Below are positions 32,569-43,782 of a stretch of DNA of 64,000 bases, piece after piece; position 1 is the first letter of the stretch; each line of letters starts with the position of its first letter. The DNA is taken from contig CAVPLT010000001.1 in the NCBI GenBank assembly GCA_963706325.1, positions 96,001-160,000 on the forward strand, read 5' to 3'. The translations under genes were made by a program, and so were the position numbers. The notes below the pieces were generated by a model, which saw only the letters and a program-made list of their open reading frames with translations, was not told the DNA's origin and did not search any database. The stretch is from an uncultured Nitrospiraceae bacterium (lineage in GTDB: Bacteria > Nitrospirota > Nitrospiria > Nitrospirales > Nitrospiraceae).

Positions 32569-33995
32569 TCAACCAGGTGACTTTTGGGACCCCGGCATGC
32601 CCAGGACTGGATTGTGCCATCCGCCGTCTGCTCGAATAGACGCATCCGCCTCTTTCCGCCCCCCACTACCGGGCTTATAGGGGCGGACCCGACGGTGGGC
32701 CTTCAGGACCGGATCGACCACTGCCCAGGCGGCCTCAACCGCGTCCTCACGCGTGAAGAGCGCTCCGCTTCCCGCCATGGTGTCTCCCAAGAGCCGTTCA
32801 TAGGGCGCTTCCTCTCCCGGTTGATGCTCAACAAAGGAGAGCTCTCGTTGGTCGGCGGTAAACTCCTTCCCTACGCGCTTCACGCGGGCCGCGAGGGCGA
32901 CGGCAGAGTTGGGAGAGATCCGAAACCGCAGATAATTGGTCCGGCCGGTCGCCGGAGCTGAGTTGCCGAATAGCCTCTGCGGCGGCGGCTTCAGCACCAC
33001 CAGAACCTCAGCTGCCGTTTCGGGCAGACACTTGCCGGAGCGGAGGTACCACGGCACCCCCTGCCAGCGCCACGAATCGATGAACAGCTTCAGCGCACAA
33101 AACGTCTCGACATCGGAGCGCGTCGCCACGCCCGACTCTTTTCGATACCCGTCATACTGGCCGCGCACCAGATCAGCCGGCTTCAGCGGACGCATAGCTT
33201 GGAAGACCTTACTTTTCTCGCTGTGCACGGCTCCATACCCCCGATAGGCCGGCGGTTCCATTGCCAGCAAGGCGACGATCTGGAAAAGATGGTTCTCGAT
33301 GACGTCGCGCAGGCAGCCGGCAGTTTCGTAAAACGTGCCGCGGCCTCCACGCCAAATTTCTCGGCCAGCGTGATCTGGACGCTGGCTACGCAGTTGCGGT
33401 TCCACATTGGTTCCAAAAACGAATTGGCGAAGCGAAAATAGAGAATGTTCATAATCGCCTCTTTGCCCAGAAAGTGATCGATGCGAAAGATCGACTTTTC
33501 CGGGAACACTGACTGGGCAATGCGGTTCAACGCGCGCGCGGAAGCCAGGTCACGTCCGAACGGCTTTTCGACGATGACGCGCGCATGGTCGGACAAGCCT
33601 GTGGCCCCGAGGCTTTTAATCACCGTCGCAAAAAGCGAGGGCGGGATTGCGAGGTAGTGCGCCTGACGCCGAGCAGGACCCAGCGCCTTTTTGATCGCCG
33701 TGAACGTGCATTCGTCGTGATAGTCTCCACTCACATATTTCAGTAAGGACAGAAGCCGGCGAAGGGCCTGCTTGTTTCCGACTCCGCCTGATCGCTGGAT
33801 ACTGTCCTTCAGGCGCCTTCGCAACTGCGCGGGAGTCCACTTCGAAGCAGCGACGCCGATGACGGGGACTTTGATGGCGCCCCGCTTCGCCATCGCGCAG
33901 AGCGCCGGAAAGATCTTCTTGTAGGCGAGATCGCCCGTCACACCGAACAGCACCAGCGCGTCGGAGTGCGTCGCGCCGCCTTTGGCCTTGTCCAT
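32569..33995 (-). pseudogene. zwf: Glucose-6-phosphate dehydrogenase, frameshifted
   Basis: FGVTGDL, VEKPFG and RIDHFLGKE in one frame; [14 protein letters not shown] and YERL in another; 1-nt loss near 33344 in the GVEGRG motif. Confidence 0.88.
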
Positions 33996-34087
33996 CTCAG
34001 TTTTCTCCCCTGTTGCATGCATCATCCCCGCCAACCTGCTTTTGCATGACGCAGAGAAGCCAGTCGGCGTAGTCGACGCCGCCGGCA

Positions 34088-35230
34088 CTAGACGTTGACA
34101 GCTCGTCGCTGCACTTTGAGACGATCCTTCGCCAACGTGTCCATCAACTGGTCGAACGGTTTGTTGAACGTCTCTACGCCTTGGTCTTCGAGTTGCTGGG
34201 TGACCTGTGCGAGGCTGATGCCGAGTGTCGGCAAGCTCTCCAAGACAAAATAAGCCTGCTCCACATCCTGTTCAATGCGGACTTCCGGAGTGCCATGGTC
34301 GCGATAGGCGTTGAGGGTCTCGACCGGGATCGTGTTGACGGTATCTGGTCCGATGAGGGCTTCGATGTATTTGACGTCGCTGTAGTCCGGGTTCTTCGTG
34401 CCAGTACTCGCCCACAGCAACCGCTGAACTGACACATTTTTTTTGACCAATCGCCGGAACCGTTCGCTGCCAAAGATCTCCTTATAGATCTGATAGGCCG
34501 CCTTCGCACTGGCTACGGCCACCTGTCCGCGCACCTTCTTCGCGAGCGCGGCCTTCTCGTCGCCGTGCGCGACAAGTTTGTCCAGCAACGCATCCACCAG
34601 CACGTCGATGCGGCTCACAAAGAAGCTGGCCACGGAGGCGACATGGTTGACCGGCCGACCTTGGGCAATACGCGCTTCGATGCCTGCGATATACGCGTGT
34701 GCGACCTGCCGATACCGAGGCAAGCCGAACAACAACGTCACATTCACGCTGACACCTTCGCTGATGAGTTGCCGGATCGCGGGAACACCTTCCAACGTGG
34801 CCGGGACCTTGATGAACACGTTGGGTCGGTCCAGCGCGGCCCAGAGCCGCCGAGCTTCCTCAATCGTGCCCTGCGTGTCGTGTGCCAGGTGTGGATTGAC
34901 CTCTAAACTGACATAGCCGTCCTTGCCGTCCGTCTTGTCGTACAAAGACCGGAACTCATCAGCGGCGCTTTGCACGTCCCGCTGAGTAAGAGCCTCATAG
35001 ATCTCCGCGACTGTCTTTTCATCAAGAGTTAGTCTGCGGATATCTGCATCATATTCCTGGCCACCCACAATTGCTTTTTCAAAGATAGAGGGATTCGAGG
35101 TCATACCTCGAAGGCCATCCTCCTCGATTAAGCGCCTTAGCTCGCCACTGACGATCAGATCGCGCCGGATGTAGTCTAGCCAGAATGACTGGCCGAACTC
35201 GCCCAGCTTCTTCAACGGATTGATAGACAT
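34088..35230 (-). CDS. tal: Transaldolase
   Basis: [15 protein letters not shown] Schiff-base Lys, [22 protein letters not shown]. Confidence 0.95.
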   Translation of the reverse strand: MSINPLKKLGEFGQSFWLDYIRRDLIVSGELRRLIEEDGLRGMTSNPSIFEKAIVGGQEYDADIRRLTLDEKTVAEIYEALTQRDVQSAADEFRSLYDKTDGKDGYVSLEVNPHLAHDTQGTIEEARRLWAALDRPNVFIKVPATLEGVPAIRQLISEGVSVNVTLLFGLPRYRQVAHAYIAGIEARIAQGRPVNHVASVASFFVSRIDVLVDALLDKLVAHGDEKAALAKKVRGQVAVASAKAAYQIYKEIFGSERFRRLVKKNVSVQRLLWASTGTKNPDYSDVKYIEALIGPDTVNTIPVETLNAYRDHGTPEVRIEQDVEQAYFVLESLPTLGISLAQVTQQLEDQGVETFNKPFDQLMDTLAKDRLKVQRRAVNV

Positions 35231-35371
35231 GCGTATACCTCCTTGCTTTCTAAGTTTGGGGTCTTCTCCAGGCGGCGGCGTTCACGGTCGATGTCGCGGG
35301 ATCGGACGACAAAAACAATTCTTCGCAAATGCACATTCTGCGCTCCGCGCGATCTGCGCCTCCGTCCTCCC

Positions 35372-35671
35372 CTAGTAAATGATGGGCGGTCGGTTCTCAC
35401 CGATGAGCAACAGCAATCGGCGCCGTTGCAAGGGACGGCCCGGATCCCGGGTGTAGTGCGACAGGTCTTCCGACACCTCAACCTGGCTGAGCGGGAATGA
35501 AACATGCTGATTCATATGAGACACGTGCGTCTCGATCGAGAGCGTCACAGATGCATTGTTGCAGTCCGTAACTTGAGCGTTGAGATCCCTTACATCAAGG
35601 AACTGCACTGTCACCCGCTCCTCCGGATCAATCCATTGACGGATGTGCGTGGCCTTTTCATCGTTGGTCAT
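35372..35671 (-). CDS. Hypothetical protein (about 99 aa)
   Basis: ATG 35671 after GGAGG; protein-like composition; co-directional upstream of tal. Confidence 0.6.
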   Translation of the reverse strand: MTNDEKATHIRQWIDPEERVTVQFLDVRDLNAQVTDCNNASVTLSIETHVSHMNQHVSFPLSQVEVSEDLSHYTRDPGRPLQRRRLLLLIGENRPPIIY

Positions 35672-35962
35672 GTAGGCAGCCTCCATTGAGCCGTTAAGAC
35701 CAATTCCAACAGCCATGCCGATTAAGGTAGATTCGAACGCGGGGTTCAAGCCATCCCCATCCGTCACATGGCCGTTGGACTTCATGATGAGCGTAAAAGC
35801 GTCGGCGTCTTGAGACACTGCGACATGGCCTCGAAATAAGCGATGTGGGAAGCCATTCCTAGATCAGTAGGTCGCGGCTCATTGAGATACGCACGAGCAC
35901 TCAGTTCGTCCGCGTGAGGCACAACCTTTCAGGTTGGGCCCCCAAAGGGCACGGCATGAGGT

Positions 35963-36499
35963 TTAGGGCTGCGTTGCACCCCGCTCACTCGCAGGCCGAT
36001 TGGCCGGTTGCTGTTTATCTACAGGCTGTTCATTGACCAACTGCTGCCCTTGTACATTCTGATCTGAATTCAGCTCACGAAATGCTTGCGGGTCTTTCTT
36101 GGGTCCATTTCCCCCTGGGCTGCCGCCGGAGACAGCTCCCCCCTGCTCACTCGTCCTGTCTTTCTTCGCGCCGTACATACTTTTTTCCTTCAACTCTTCT
36201 GCGGCGAGCGCCGATCCCCCGCCCTGCGTCCTCTCGACATTTTTTTCCATGTCATCCAAAGTGACGGGCTCAGGCTTCTCCTTTTTCATGCCCACCAGGT
36301 CGTCACTGCGTGTGCCCGGACCACTGCCACCGGGACCGAAGGTTCCTCCTCCCGGAGTCGCTCGTTGAATCTCCTTGGGCACATTGTCCTTCGGATTGCT
36401 GGAGGTCCCGGGTTGGACACCCAAAATCTCCGCTACGGCTCCCGTTGCAAGGAACAGACTTGCGCATGCCACACTGCTGAGGACTGGTATATTTCTCAT
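35963..36499 (-). CDS. Secreted low-complexity hypothetical protein
   Basis: AGGAGG RBS, signal peptide ending AVA-E, Gly/Pro/Gln-rich mature part. Confidence 0.6.
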   Translation of the reverse strand: MRNIPVLSSVACASLFLATGAVAEILGVQPGTSSNPKDNVPKEIQRATPGGGTFGPGGSGPGTRSDDLVGMKKEKPEPVTLDDMEKNVERTQGGGSALAAEELKEKSMYGAKKDRTSEQGGAVSGGSPGGNGPKKDPQAFRELNSDQNVQGQQLVNEQPVDKQQPANRPASERGATQP

Positions 36500-37214
36500 C
36501 ACGACCCTCCTTTGAAAGAGCACATTGACGATCCGGACTATACAGTCCGCTAATGGACGAAACCGGCCTGATACTGATCACGGCCTGTCGACCGTGTGCC
36601 ATCTCCGAATAGCTCGAATGCGACGTATCTCAACCCTGGGCAGTCTCCTCAAAATTACTCAGGTTCAATGAGAGTGGTGGAATGCCATCCCAACATTCGC
36701 AGTGACCAAGGCTCCCAGCAGTGCCGGGACATTACGCTCAGAGGTCATTTGACCCGTTCACGTGATGAACAGCATAGCCGACATGATCGCAATGTAGAGC
36801 TGGACAGAGCCCTGGCACGGAAGTCAGGCGATGAGCATCTCCTCTGTCGGCGTAATCGCGCGCGCAGAAAACTACATGCATCATTGATAAGGATCAGAGG
36901 CCTGGGAAGTAGGACTGCCGATCAATTCACCCGTCACCCGCTGATTATTGTCAGGTGAGGAGCTCCCGCCCACCTTCGACTGCGGCATTCACTAGGTACC
37001 CTTCCTCTGTGATCCCTATGCGGAGAAGGTGGGGTAGATTTCTGTCATCCTCGACAACCAGAATTCAAGAAGGAGCGTGGTCCGGTACAAGGACAAAGTG
37101 AGCCCCGGCACTGGACGGGTCGTCATACAGAAGACGAAGGTCCAGGCCATCGCGGTACATTGCTCGATCAACAGGCCATGGCTCCCTAGATCAAAGAGGT
37201 GAGACCGGCCTATG

Positions 37215-37859
37215 TCACAATCGACTCACCAGGCCTTGCAAGGAATAGATCGGCTGAACTGGTCGCTGACGCGTAGCCCCTGCACTGACAACGCGATCGT
37301 ACACCGCTGTGTAGGCCAGCGCCGTCTCAACGAGAGAGTCGAGCTCGTCTTCAAATGGTCCTCGCCGCTGCGACGGAACATTCCAGGGAATGAGACTCTG
37401 CCAGTTGAGGTCGGGACATCGCCGAATCTGATCTGCGGATGTTGCCACCAGAGCCAGTTCCTTGAACTCCCGATAGACCTTGACGACCTCAGGCGCGTCC
37501 AATGAATCATACACTGTGGCCATAATTGGGAGCGGACTACGACGCATCAAGGGAAATACTGTAAACCCGGCATGCACATGGACGAGATCGAAGCGAGCGT
37601 CAGTGGAGAAGACTTTCTCGAGTGCGAGGGACGTCAGCCCCTCCGCAAGGTGACGCTTGGGCGATGGATAGTGTCGAAGCGCCTTCGGAGACACAGGTAC
37701 TAACGTGCCGGACACCTTACTCCCTCCGCTCGCGAACACGGTCACATCATGCCCGAACCGAATCAGGCAACCCGTGAGAAATGCCACGCCTCGCGCGTTC
37801 AGGCCTTCACTTTCAACCGACACCTCCTCAATCAACGGACTGACATGAGCAATGCGCAT
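37215..37859 (-). pseudogene. Truncated GT4-family glycosyltransferase (N-terminal domain only)
   Basis: MRIAHVSP, GHDVTVFASG, FDLVHVH; the C-terminal nucleotide-sugar-binding domain is absent. Confidence 0.6.
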
Positions 37860-38755
37860 TACATACGCTCCTTTCTTGTTCGTCGTGCACCCGAATCCCT
37901 TCTAGCTCAGGCACCTCACCACCTCGGGTTGCGATATCGCTCGCAACTGCGACCAATGAGGCGCATCGCGGCCGATTGATCGCTAACCCGGCCAAACAAT
38001 GACGGATGTGGCTGAAGCTGCCTAGGCATCAGCTGCTGGTTCGGCAGACCCTTCCAGGCATTGGGGACGGATAAACCGGCGCCTCGTTTCGTCAGGGCAA
38101 TGGTACGGCGGCAACATGAAAATTGGCTGAAGAACGCATGAAATTTTGATGAGTATGAAGCGGAGTAGAGATGGTCAGCGTGTCCGAGCGCCTGACGACA
38201 GGACGAGAGCAAGCTTCAGCCTCGTGAGCGAATGCCTTCCTGAGGCTTTACGTCAAGGAAGATAGCCTTGAGAGAACAACCGGAACTCAAACAGCTAACG
38301 CATTGCGTGCATCACCCGACAGATGCCTCACCAAATCTGAAGCCAAGCGATCGTTCCGTTTCCATCCGTTCATGACCTTTCCCGGAGCAGCACGTCATTG
38401 ACCAAACACAAGTTCCGCAGCGGCGACGAGCGACGCCTTCGGATCCGGCAAAACCCATGAAGCATCACACAGTCGTCCCACCTGTGCGACAGGGGCTGTC
38501 ACACAGATAAAGGGGTTATCCATGGTTCCGGGAGCGTTTGTGGCGGGTTATCATTAGTGGGTCGGAGTCAGGTCACGAACCCTAGCGCGACTCCTTTCGC
38601 AGCGAGATGTATTCGGCGCGTTTTTATGACGATCGGGATCCATTTGTCCCCACCTGCCATCCCCTCCTGACGCCCTGTGCGCTAATTCGTCATGGCTCAA
38701 TCTAGGGACAGTCCAAAAAATTTTAGAAATATCGCCTGACTGCTCCTCCTTGATT

Positions 38756-38773
38756 TATCAATTATAGTTGATA
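38756..38773 (+). promoter_or_regulatory. Putative ArsR operator
   Basis: Inverted repeat TATCAA-N6-TTGATA just upstream of arsR. Confidence 0.6.
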
Positions 38774-38784
38774 TATGGTAACTC

Positions 38785-39108
38785 ATGAGAATAAGGATGA
38801 CCAAACCAATCGCAGGTATTGCCAAAGTGTTCCAGGCCCTGTCAGATGAAACCCGATTATTGATCCTGGAACACTTGAAAGAAGGCGAGCAATGTGTGTG
38901 CGATCTGACAGACGCCTTTAAGACAGGCCAGTCACGGCTTTCGTTTCACCTCAGAGTGCTGAAAGAGGCGGGACTAATCCTTGATCGACCTGAAGGACGA
39001 TGGGTGTATTATTCACTCAATCCAGACGCACTTGAAGAACTGCAGGAGGCGGTGAACTCCCTTAACCGCCCCTCAGGCCGGTCCGCGAAGAAAGGTTATT
39101 GCCCCTGA
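38785..39108 (+). CDS. arsR: ArsR/SmtB family transcriptional repressor
   Basis: FQALSDETRL, EQCVCDL As(III) site, SFHLRVLKEAGL, GRWVYYSL. Confidence 0.92.
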   Translation: MRIRMTKPIAGIAKVFQALSDETRLLILEHLKEGEQCVCDLTDAFKTGQSRLSFHLRVLKEAGLILDRPEGRWVYYSLNPDALEELQEAVNSLNRPSGRSAKKGYCP

Positions 39109-39126
39109 CTTTTTTTGCCTTCATTC

Positions 39127-39142
39127 ATCAATATTTATTGAT
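39127..39142 (+). promoter_or_regulatory. Second putative ArsR operator
   Basis: ATCAAT-N4-ATTGAT (ATCAA-N6-TTGAT) upstream of acr3, same core as 38756-38773. Confidence 0.55.
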
Positions 39143-39157
39143 TTTACGGTATAACCT

Positions 39158-40258
39158 ATGGAAACCGTTGGAACCATCGAGCAGCAGACGCTTCCGACAG
39201 ACAAAAATCTAAATCTCTTCGAACGGTATCTCACCGTCTGGGTGGGGCTCTGTATGGTCGCGGGGGTCATGCTAGGGAAATCAGCACCCGGGATTATTCA
39301 GGCGTTGCGAGATATGGAGTTCGGCCAGGACAGTCATGTGAATTTTCCCATGGCCGTCCTGATCTGGTTGATGATCACCCCCATGATGATGAAAGTTGAT
39401 TTTCGTGCCGTGGCGAAGGTCGGCCAGCGGCCTCAGGGGTTATTGGTCACACTCTTTATTAATTGGGTGGTCAAACCGTTCTCAATGGCCCTCTTGGCCT
39501 GGGTCTTTTTTCGATTCATGTTCGCAGCCTGGATGACTCCCGCCGAAGCGGATCAGTACATCGCTGGATCGATCATCCTTGCTGCCGCCCCTTGTACCGC
39601 GATGGTCTTTGTCTGGAGCTATCTCACGGATGGTGATCCGGCCTATACCTTGGTCCAAGTTTCCGTGAACGATCTGATCATGCTGGTGCTGTTTGCTCCG
39701 ATTGTCGGCTTCCTGGTCAGTGGCGCGTCCTCACTCATTGTACCGTTCGCAGTGCTCGTCTATTCGGTCGTAGGCTTTATTGTGATCCCGTTGGTTTTGG
39801 GAGTGCTAATCCGACAGTGGTTCATCGGGCAGCGAGGGAAGACCTGGTTTGAAGAGACCCTCCTTCCACGGTTTGCTCCCATCACCATTGTCGCGCTACT
39901 CGTGACCTTAGTCCTGATTTTTGCCTTTCAAGCAGACAATATTCTGGACAAGCCCCTCCACGTATTGCTCATCGCGATCCCGGTTCTTCTGCAAGTCTAT
40001 TTTAATGCCTCTCTCGCCTATGGGCTGATGAAGTGGTTGAAGGTGCCCTATGCCGTGGCCGCACCAGGAGCCCTGATTGGCGCGAGTAACTTCTTTGAAC
40101 TCGCTGTGGCAACGGCTATTGCGTTGTTTGGTCCCGAATCAGGTGCCGCGTTGGCTACCGTCGTCGGGGTGTTAGTTGAGGTGCCCGTCATGCTGTCCGT
40201 GTGTCATGTGTGTAATCGAACACGGCATTGGTTCCCTTTGGAAGAGGTCACAGCATGA
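39158..40258 (+). CDS. acr3: Acr3 family arsenite efflux transporter
   Basis: FERYLTVWV, APCTAMVFVWS, GASNFFELAVA, GVLVEVPVML. Confidence 0.95.
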   Translation: METVGTIEQQTLPTDKNLNLFERYLTVWVGLCMVAGVMLGKSAPGIIQALRDMEFGQDSHVNFPMAVLIWLMITPMMMKVDFRAVAKVGQRPQGLLVTLFINWVVKPFSMALLAWVFFRFMFAAWMTPAEADQYIAGSIILAAAPCTAMVFVWSYLTDGDPAYTLVQVSVNDLIMLVLFAPIVGFLVSGASSLIVPFAVLVYSVVGFIVIPLVLGVLIRQWFIGQRGKTWFEETLLPRFAPITIVALLVTLVLIFAFQADNILDKPLHVLLIAIPVLLQVYFNASLAYGLMKWLKVPYAVAAPGALIGASNFFELAVATAIALFGPESGAALATVVGVLVEVPVMLSVCHVCNRTRHWFPLEEVTA

Positions 40259-40414
40259 GGGGTGGCAGTAAGGGGAAATATGTGTGTGGTGTTGGCCTGG
40301 CCCAGGTTGCAACCGAATTACATGGTCACAAGGGAGGGAACCTTGTTGCCCACCGAGGCTTTGATCCGCCGGCCCGGGCTTCTCATCCCAGAACTACGCA
40401 CAGTGGGGGCATAC

Positions 40415-40633
40415 ATGGAATGGTTGAGCCTGGTTGGCATCATGTCCTTGATCATCCTGATTGGTGTGTATGTTTTTGAAAAATTATCGAGCCCGATATG
40501 GCCTGGAGTAAGCAAGCCGGTTCCCCTCTTCCACATATTCCGAGATTGGTTGCTCTACATGGCCCTGTTCGTGGGATTACTAATTTTATTGGAGGGAACT
40601 CTCAGACTCGCTTGTTCTATCAGTTGTGAGTAG
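40415..40633 (+). CDS. Small two-TM membrane hypothetical protein
   Basis: ATG after GGGGG; two hydrophobic helices; lies inside the ars cluster. Confidence 0.45.
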   Translation: MEWLSLVGIMSLIILIGVYVFEKLSSPIWPGVSKPVPLFHIFRDWLLYMALFVGLLILLEGTLRLACSISCE

Positions 40634-40696
40634 ATCGGATCGCGGGCAATCGTTTGCGGGATTGGAAGCCTTGTTAGCCACGAAAGGAGAACCATC

Positions 40697-41167
40697 ATGA
40701 AACGCATGCATCTTCATATTGGGGTCGAAGACCTTGATGAATCCATCCGCTTCTATACGGCATTGTTTGGTGCCGCGCCCATCAAAACGAAACCAGATTA
40801 TGCCAAATGGTTGTTGGACGACCCCCGCGTCAACTTTGCCATCTCGACTCGGGCGAAAAAAGGCGTTGACCACCTCGGCATCCAGGTTGACGCAGACACA
40901 GAGCTAGCGGAGGTGCAGGAACGCCTCAAGGCGAAGGATATCCCATTGACCGATGAGGGCGAAACGATTTGCTGTTATGCAAGATCGGAAAAGTCCTGGA
41001 TTCAAGATCCGTCAGGCATCGCATGGGAGGCTTATCGGACAATGGAAGATGTTCAACTCTTCTCTGGACGAGACGGCTCCGATGAAGGCGCTTGCTGCAC
41101 CCCAGACACGATGGGAACGCCTGATTGTTGTGAACCATCTGAAAAAACAGCAGGGTGTTGTGACTAA
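40697..41167 (+). CDS. arsI: ArsI/CadI family VOC metalloenzyme (putative C-As lyase)
   Basis: HLHIGVEDL, YAKW..DDPRVNFAIS, HLGIQV, TICCYARSEKSW..DPSG..WE. Confidence 0.88.
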   Translation: MKRMHLHIGVEDLDESIRFYTALFGAAPIKTKPDYAKWLLDDPRVNFAISTRAKKGVDHLGIQVDADTELAEVQERLKAKDIPLTDEGETICCYARSEKSWIQDPSGIAWEAYRTMEDVQLFSGRDGSDEGACCTPDTMGTPDCCEPSEKTAGCCD

Positions 41168-41589
41168 TGGAGGCCGAGGTCATTAAGGTATTAGTCCTCT
41201 GTACGGGCAACTCCTGTCGGTCGGTCATGGCGGAAGCGTTGATCAACGATCTTCGCCGTGGACGCTACCAAGCATGGAGCGCGGGGAGCCATCCAACGGG
41301 GTATGTGAATCCTAAATCTATCGAAACCCTCAAGCGGCATGGGATCGATCCAGGTCAGCCGCGCAGCAAAGCGTGGAATGAGTTTACCGACCAACCCTTC
41401 GATTTAGTAATTACAGTGTGTGATCAGGCGGCGGGCGAAAGCTGTCCGTTGTTCCTCGGGACGGCCACGAAGATGCACTGGAGTACGCCTGATCCCGCAA
41501 AAGTGACCGGATCGGACACCGAGATTATTGCGGCTTTCGATCAGGCTTTTTTAATACTCAAGAAGCGCGTTGAAAATTTAACGAACTAA
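41167..41589 (+). CDS. arsC: Thioredoxin-type (LMW-PTP fold) arsenate reductase
   Basis: CTGNSCRS P-loop, ITVCD..AGESCP, HW..PDP. Confidence 0.92.
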   Translation: MEAEVIKVLVLCTGNSCRSVMAEALINDLRRGRYQAWSAGSHPTGYVNPKSIETLKRHGIDPGQPRSKAWNEFTDQPFDLVITVCDQAAGESCPLFLGTATKMHWSTPDPAKVTGSDTEIIAAFDQAFLILKKRVENLTN

Positions 41590-42216
41590 CCTTTGAGAAC
41601 GTAATGGGAGGGAGGGCGATCCTCAGGCTCTGGCCATGCGATTGAGAGCATTCTATGAATTATATTGAGTTCGAACCAATATGGGCGATTTTTAAATATT
41701 TATCACAAATCGAGCCCACGACTTTGGGGCAGATTTCTCGATTGAGACAGCTGAAGTATTTCGTAGCAACAGATGGACGTGTCGCGTTGACGGTCCCACA
41801 CTCCAGCGCAAACGCTCGGCACACCACCAACCCGAAATTGAGCTGCATGTAGATATCGAGAGCAAAGTTACGCTGGTAACCGTGTCGCCATACCCATGGG
41901 CTCAGACAGGCGGCGACATCGAATCGCTTAACTTGCCGATTGAGCGCTTGAATGCTTCCGAAAAAGATCGTCTCGGCGTCGTGAATACAATGCGGTAAGC
42001 GTCGATCTCACGCGACACGGTCTTGTGAGGATGGATCTTCAACTCCATTTCTATGTCTGCTATATTAAAAATCAGGCCCAGCACAGCTGGCGGGGAAATC
42101 CGCTGTGTGGGTTTTTAGGGGCTTCATGATCCACATCGAATATTTCCTATTTTTCCGAGAACCCCCTGGCGCCTAGCTAAGCAGCGCAGTAGAAGTCAGC
42201 TCGGCCTGAACACCAA

Positions 42217-43782
42217 GTGGTTACCTCTCTTCAGCCGCGGTGTGGAATGAAGGACGAGATGGGCAACGAGGATTCTTCTCTGTGGCAGACAATTCCTATT
42301 GTTTCGACCACTCCTTCTGGAATCATCACGAGCTTCAACCCGGCGTCAGAAGCCCTGCTGGGATTTCGTCCGGCGGAAGTCATTGGCATGCTTTCACTCG
42401 TCGCATTCCATGATCCGACAGAGTTGAAACAGCGGTCGGCCCTTGCATCAGAACTACGGGCCGCCGGAGCGGATGAATTTCGGGTCATCGTGAGAAACGC
42501 CGCGCCGGGGCATACGACGGAAGGCGAGTGGATCTATGTTCACCGCACCGGCCGGAAGCTCCTGATTCACCTCACTGTCATTGCCTTCCCCGATCCCTCG
42601 GGTCAAACCTTGGGGTATGTCTTGATGCTCCAAGAGATCGGCCGGAGGATCGCGACGAGCAAGGCGCTCCAGCATCAGGCGGAACTACTCGATCTCGCCA
42701 GTGACGCCATTCTCATTCGTGATTTGGAATACGATACCATTACGTACTGGAACGCCGGAGCGGTGCGCCTCTATGGCTGGACGGATAAGGAAGCGGATGG
42801 CGCGTATATTCACGACTTCTTAAAAACAATTTTTCCGCAGCCACTCTCGGAAATCAGAAAGACGTTTTTGACCAATGGCTACTGGTCTGGGGAGCTCCTG
42901 CATACCACACGGGATGGAAGCAAAATCACGGTTTCCAGTCGATGGACATTGCTCAAAAACTCCAATGGTGTGCCGAGCGGCAGCCTCGAGCTGAATACGG
43001 ACATTACACAGCAAAAGCTCGCACAAGAAGCGCTCAAAGCCGCGCATGAAGAATTGGAGCTTCGGGTGAGGGATCGCACGAGCGAATTATGCGACGCGAA
43101 CAGAAGATTACAGATCCTCTCCCAACGGCTGATGGAAATTCAAGAGTTGGAGCGCCGCGCAATTGCCCGGGATTTACACGATGAGATCGGACAGGCGCTG
43201 ACCGCCATAAAGCTTAATCTTCGTGAACTTGGAGACAATCTGACGGCTGCCGTGGTCGGCAAACAGGTTTCCGACAGTCTGCTGATCCTCGACCAAGTGC
43301 TTCGGCACATCCGAAATCTGGCGTTGGATTTAAGACCTTCCATGCTTGATGAGCTGGGGCTTCTCCCCGCTCTCCGATGGTACGTCGGTAGGCAGGCAGA
43401 ACGTGCCGGATGGACCCTTGAGTTCATGGCCGATGAAGTGGTGGCGCGACCCTCTCCAGAAGTGGAGATTTCCTGCTTCCGGCTCACTCAAGAGGCTCTG
43501 ACGAATGTGGTCCGCCATGCGAAAGCCACTGCTGTGGAGGTTCGTCTCGAGGTCGGTCACGGGCGACTCGATCTGTTCATCTGCGACAATGGAATCGGGT
43601 TTGAGCCGGAACTGATCCGCACAGGGGCTCGTGCGGGGACGAGTGTAGGTCTCTCTGGTATGGAAGAGCGAGTGCGTCTGGCCGGAGGACGTATCACCAT
43701 TCATTCGGCTCCTGGCGGTGGCACTGAAATTCACGCCACCTTTCCTTTAGATCATGAACCGACGGCGGCAACACATGAATGA
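42217..43782 (+). CDS. PAS-PAS sensor histidine kinase (HisKA_3/NarX-like)
   Basis: Two PAS domains, ERRAIARDLHDEIGQ, QEALTNVVRHA, DNGIGF, GLSGMEER. Confidence 0.92.
   Translation: MVTSLQPRCGMKDEMGNEDSSLWQTIPIVSTTPSGIITSFNPASEALLGFRPAEVIGMLSLVAFHDPTELKQRSALASELRAAGADEFRVIVRNAAPGHTTEGEWIYVHRTGRKLLIHLTVIAFPDPSGQTLGYVLMLQEIGRRIATSKALQHQAELLDLASDAILIRDLEYDTITYWNAGAVRLYGWTDKEADGAYIHDFLKTIFPQPLSEIRKTFLTNGYWSGELLHTTRDGSKITVSSRWTLLKNSNGVPSGSLELNTDITQQKLAQEALKAAHEELELRVRDRTSELCDANRRLQILSQRLMEIQELERRAIARDLHDEIGQALTAIKLNLRELGDNLTAAVVGKQVSDSLLILDQVLRHIRNLALDLRPSMLDELGLLPALRWYVGRQAERAGWTLEFMADEVVARPSPEVEISCFRLTQEALTNVVRHAKATAVEVRLEVGHGRLDLFICDNGIGFEPELIRTGARAGTSVGLSGMEERVRLAGGRITIHSAPGGGTEIHATFPLDHEPTAATHE

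Noticed and set aside
41590..42200. AT-richer stretch after arsC with 60-65 aa ORFs
   Set aside because: No toxin-antitoxin, transposase or other motif that I can support
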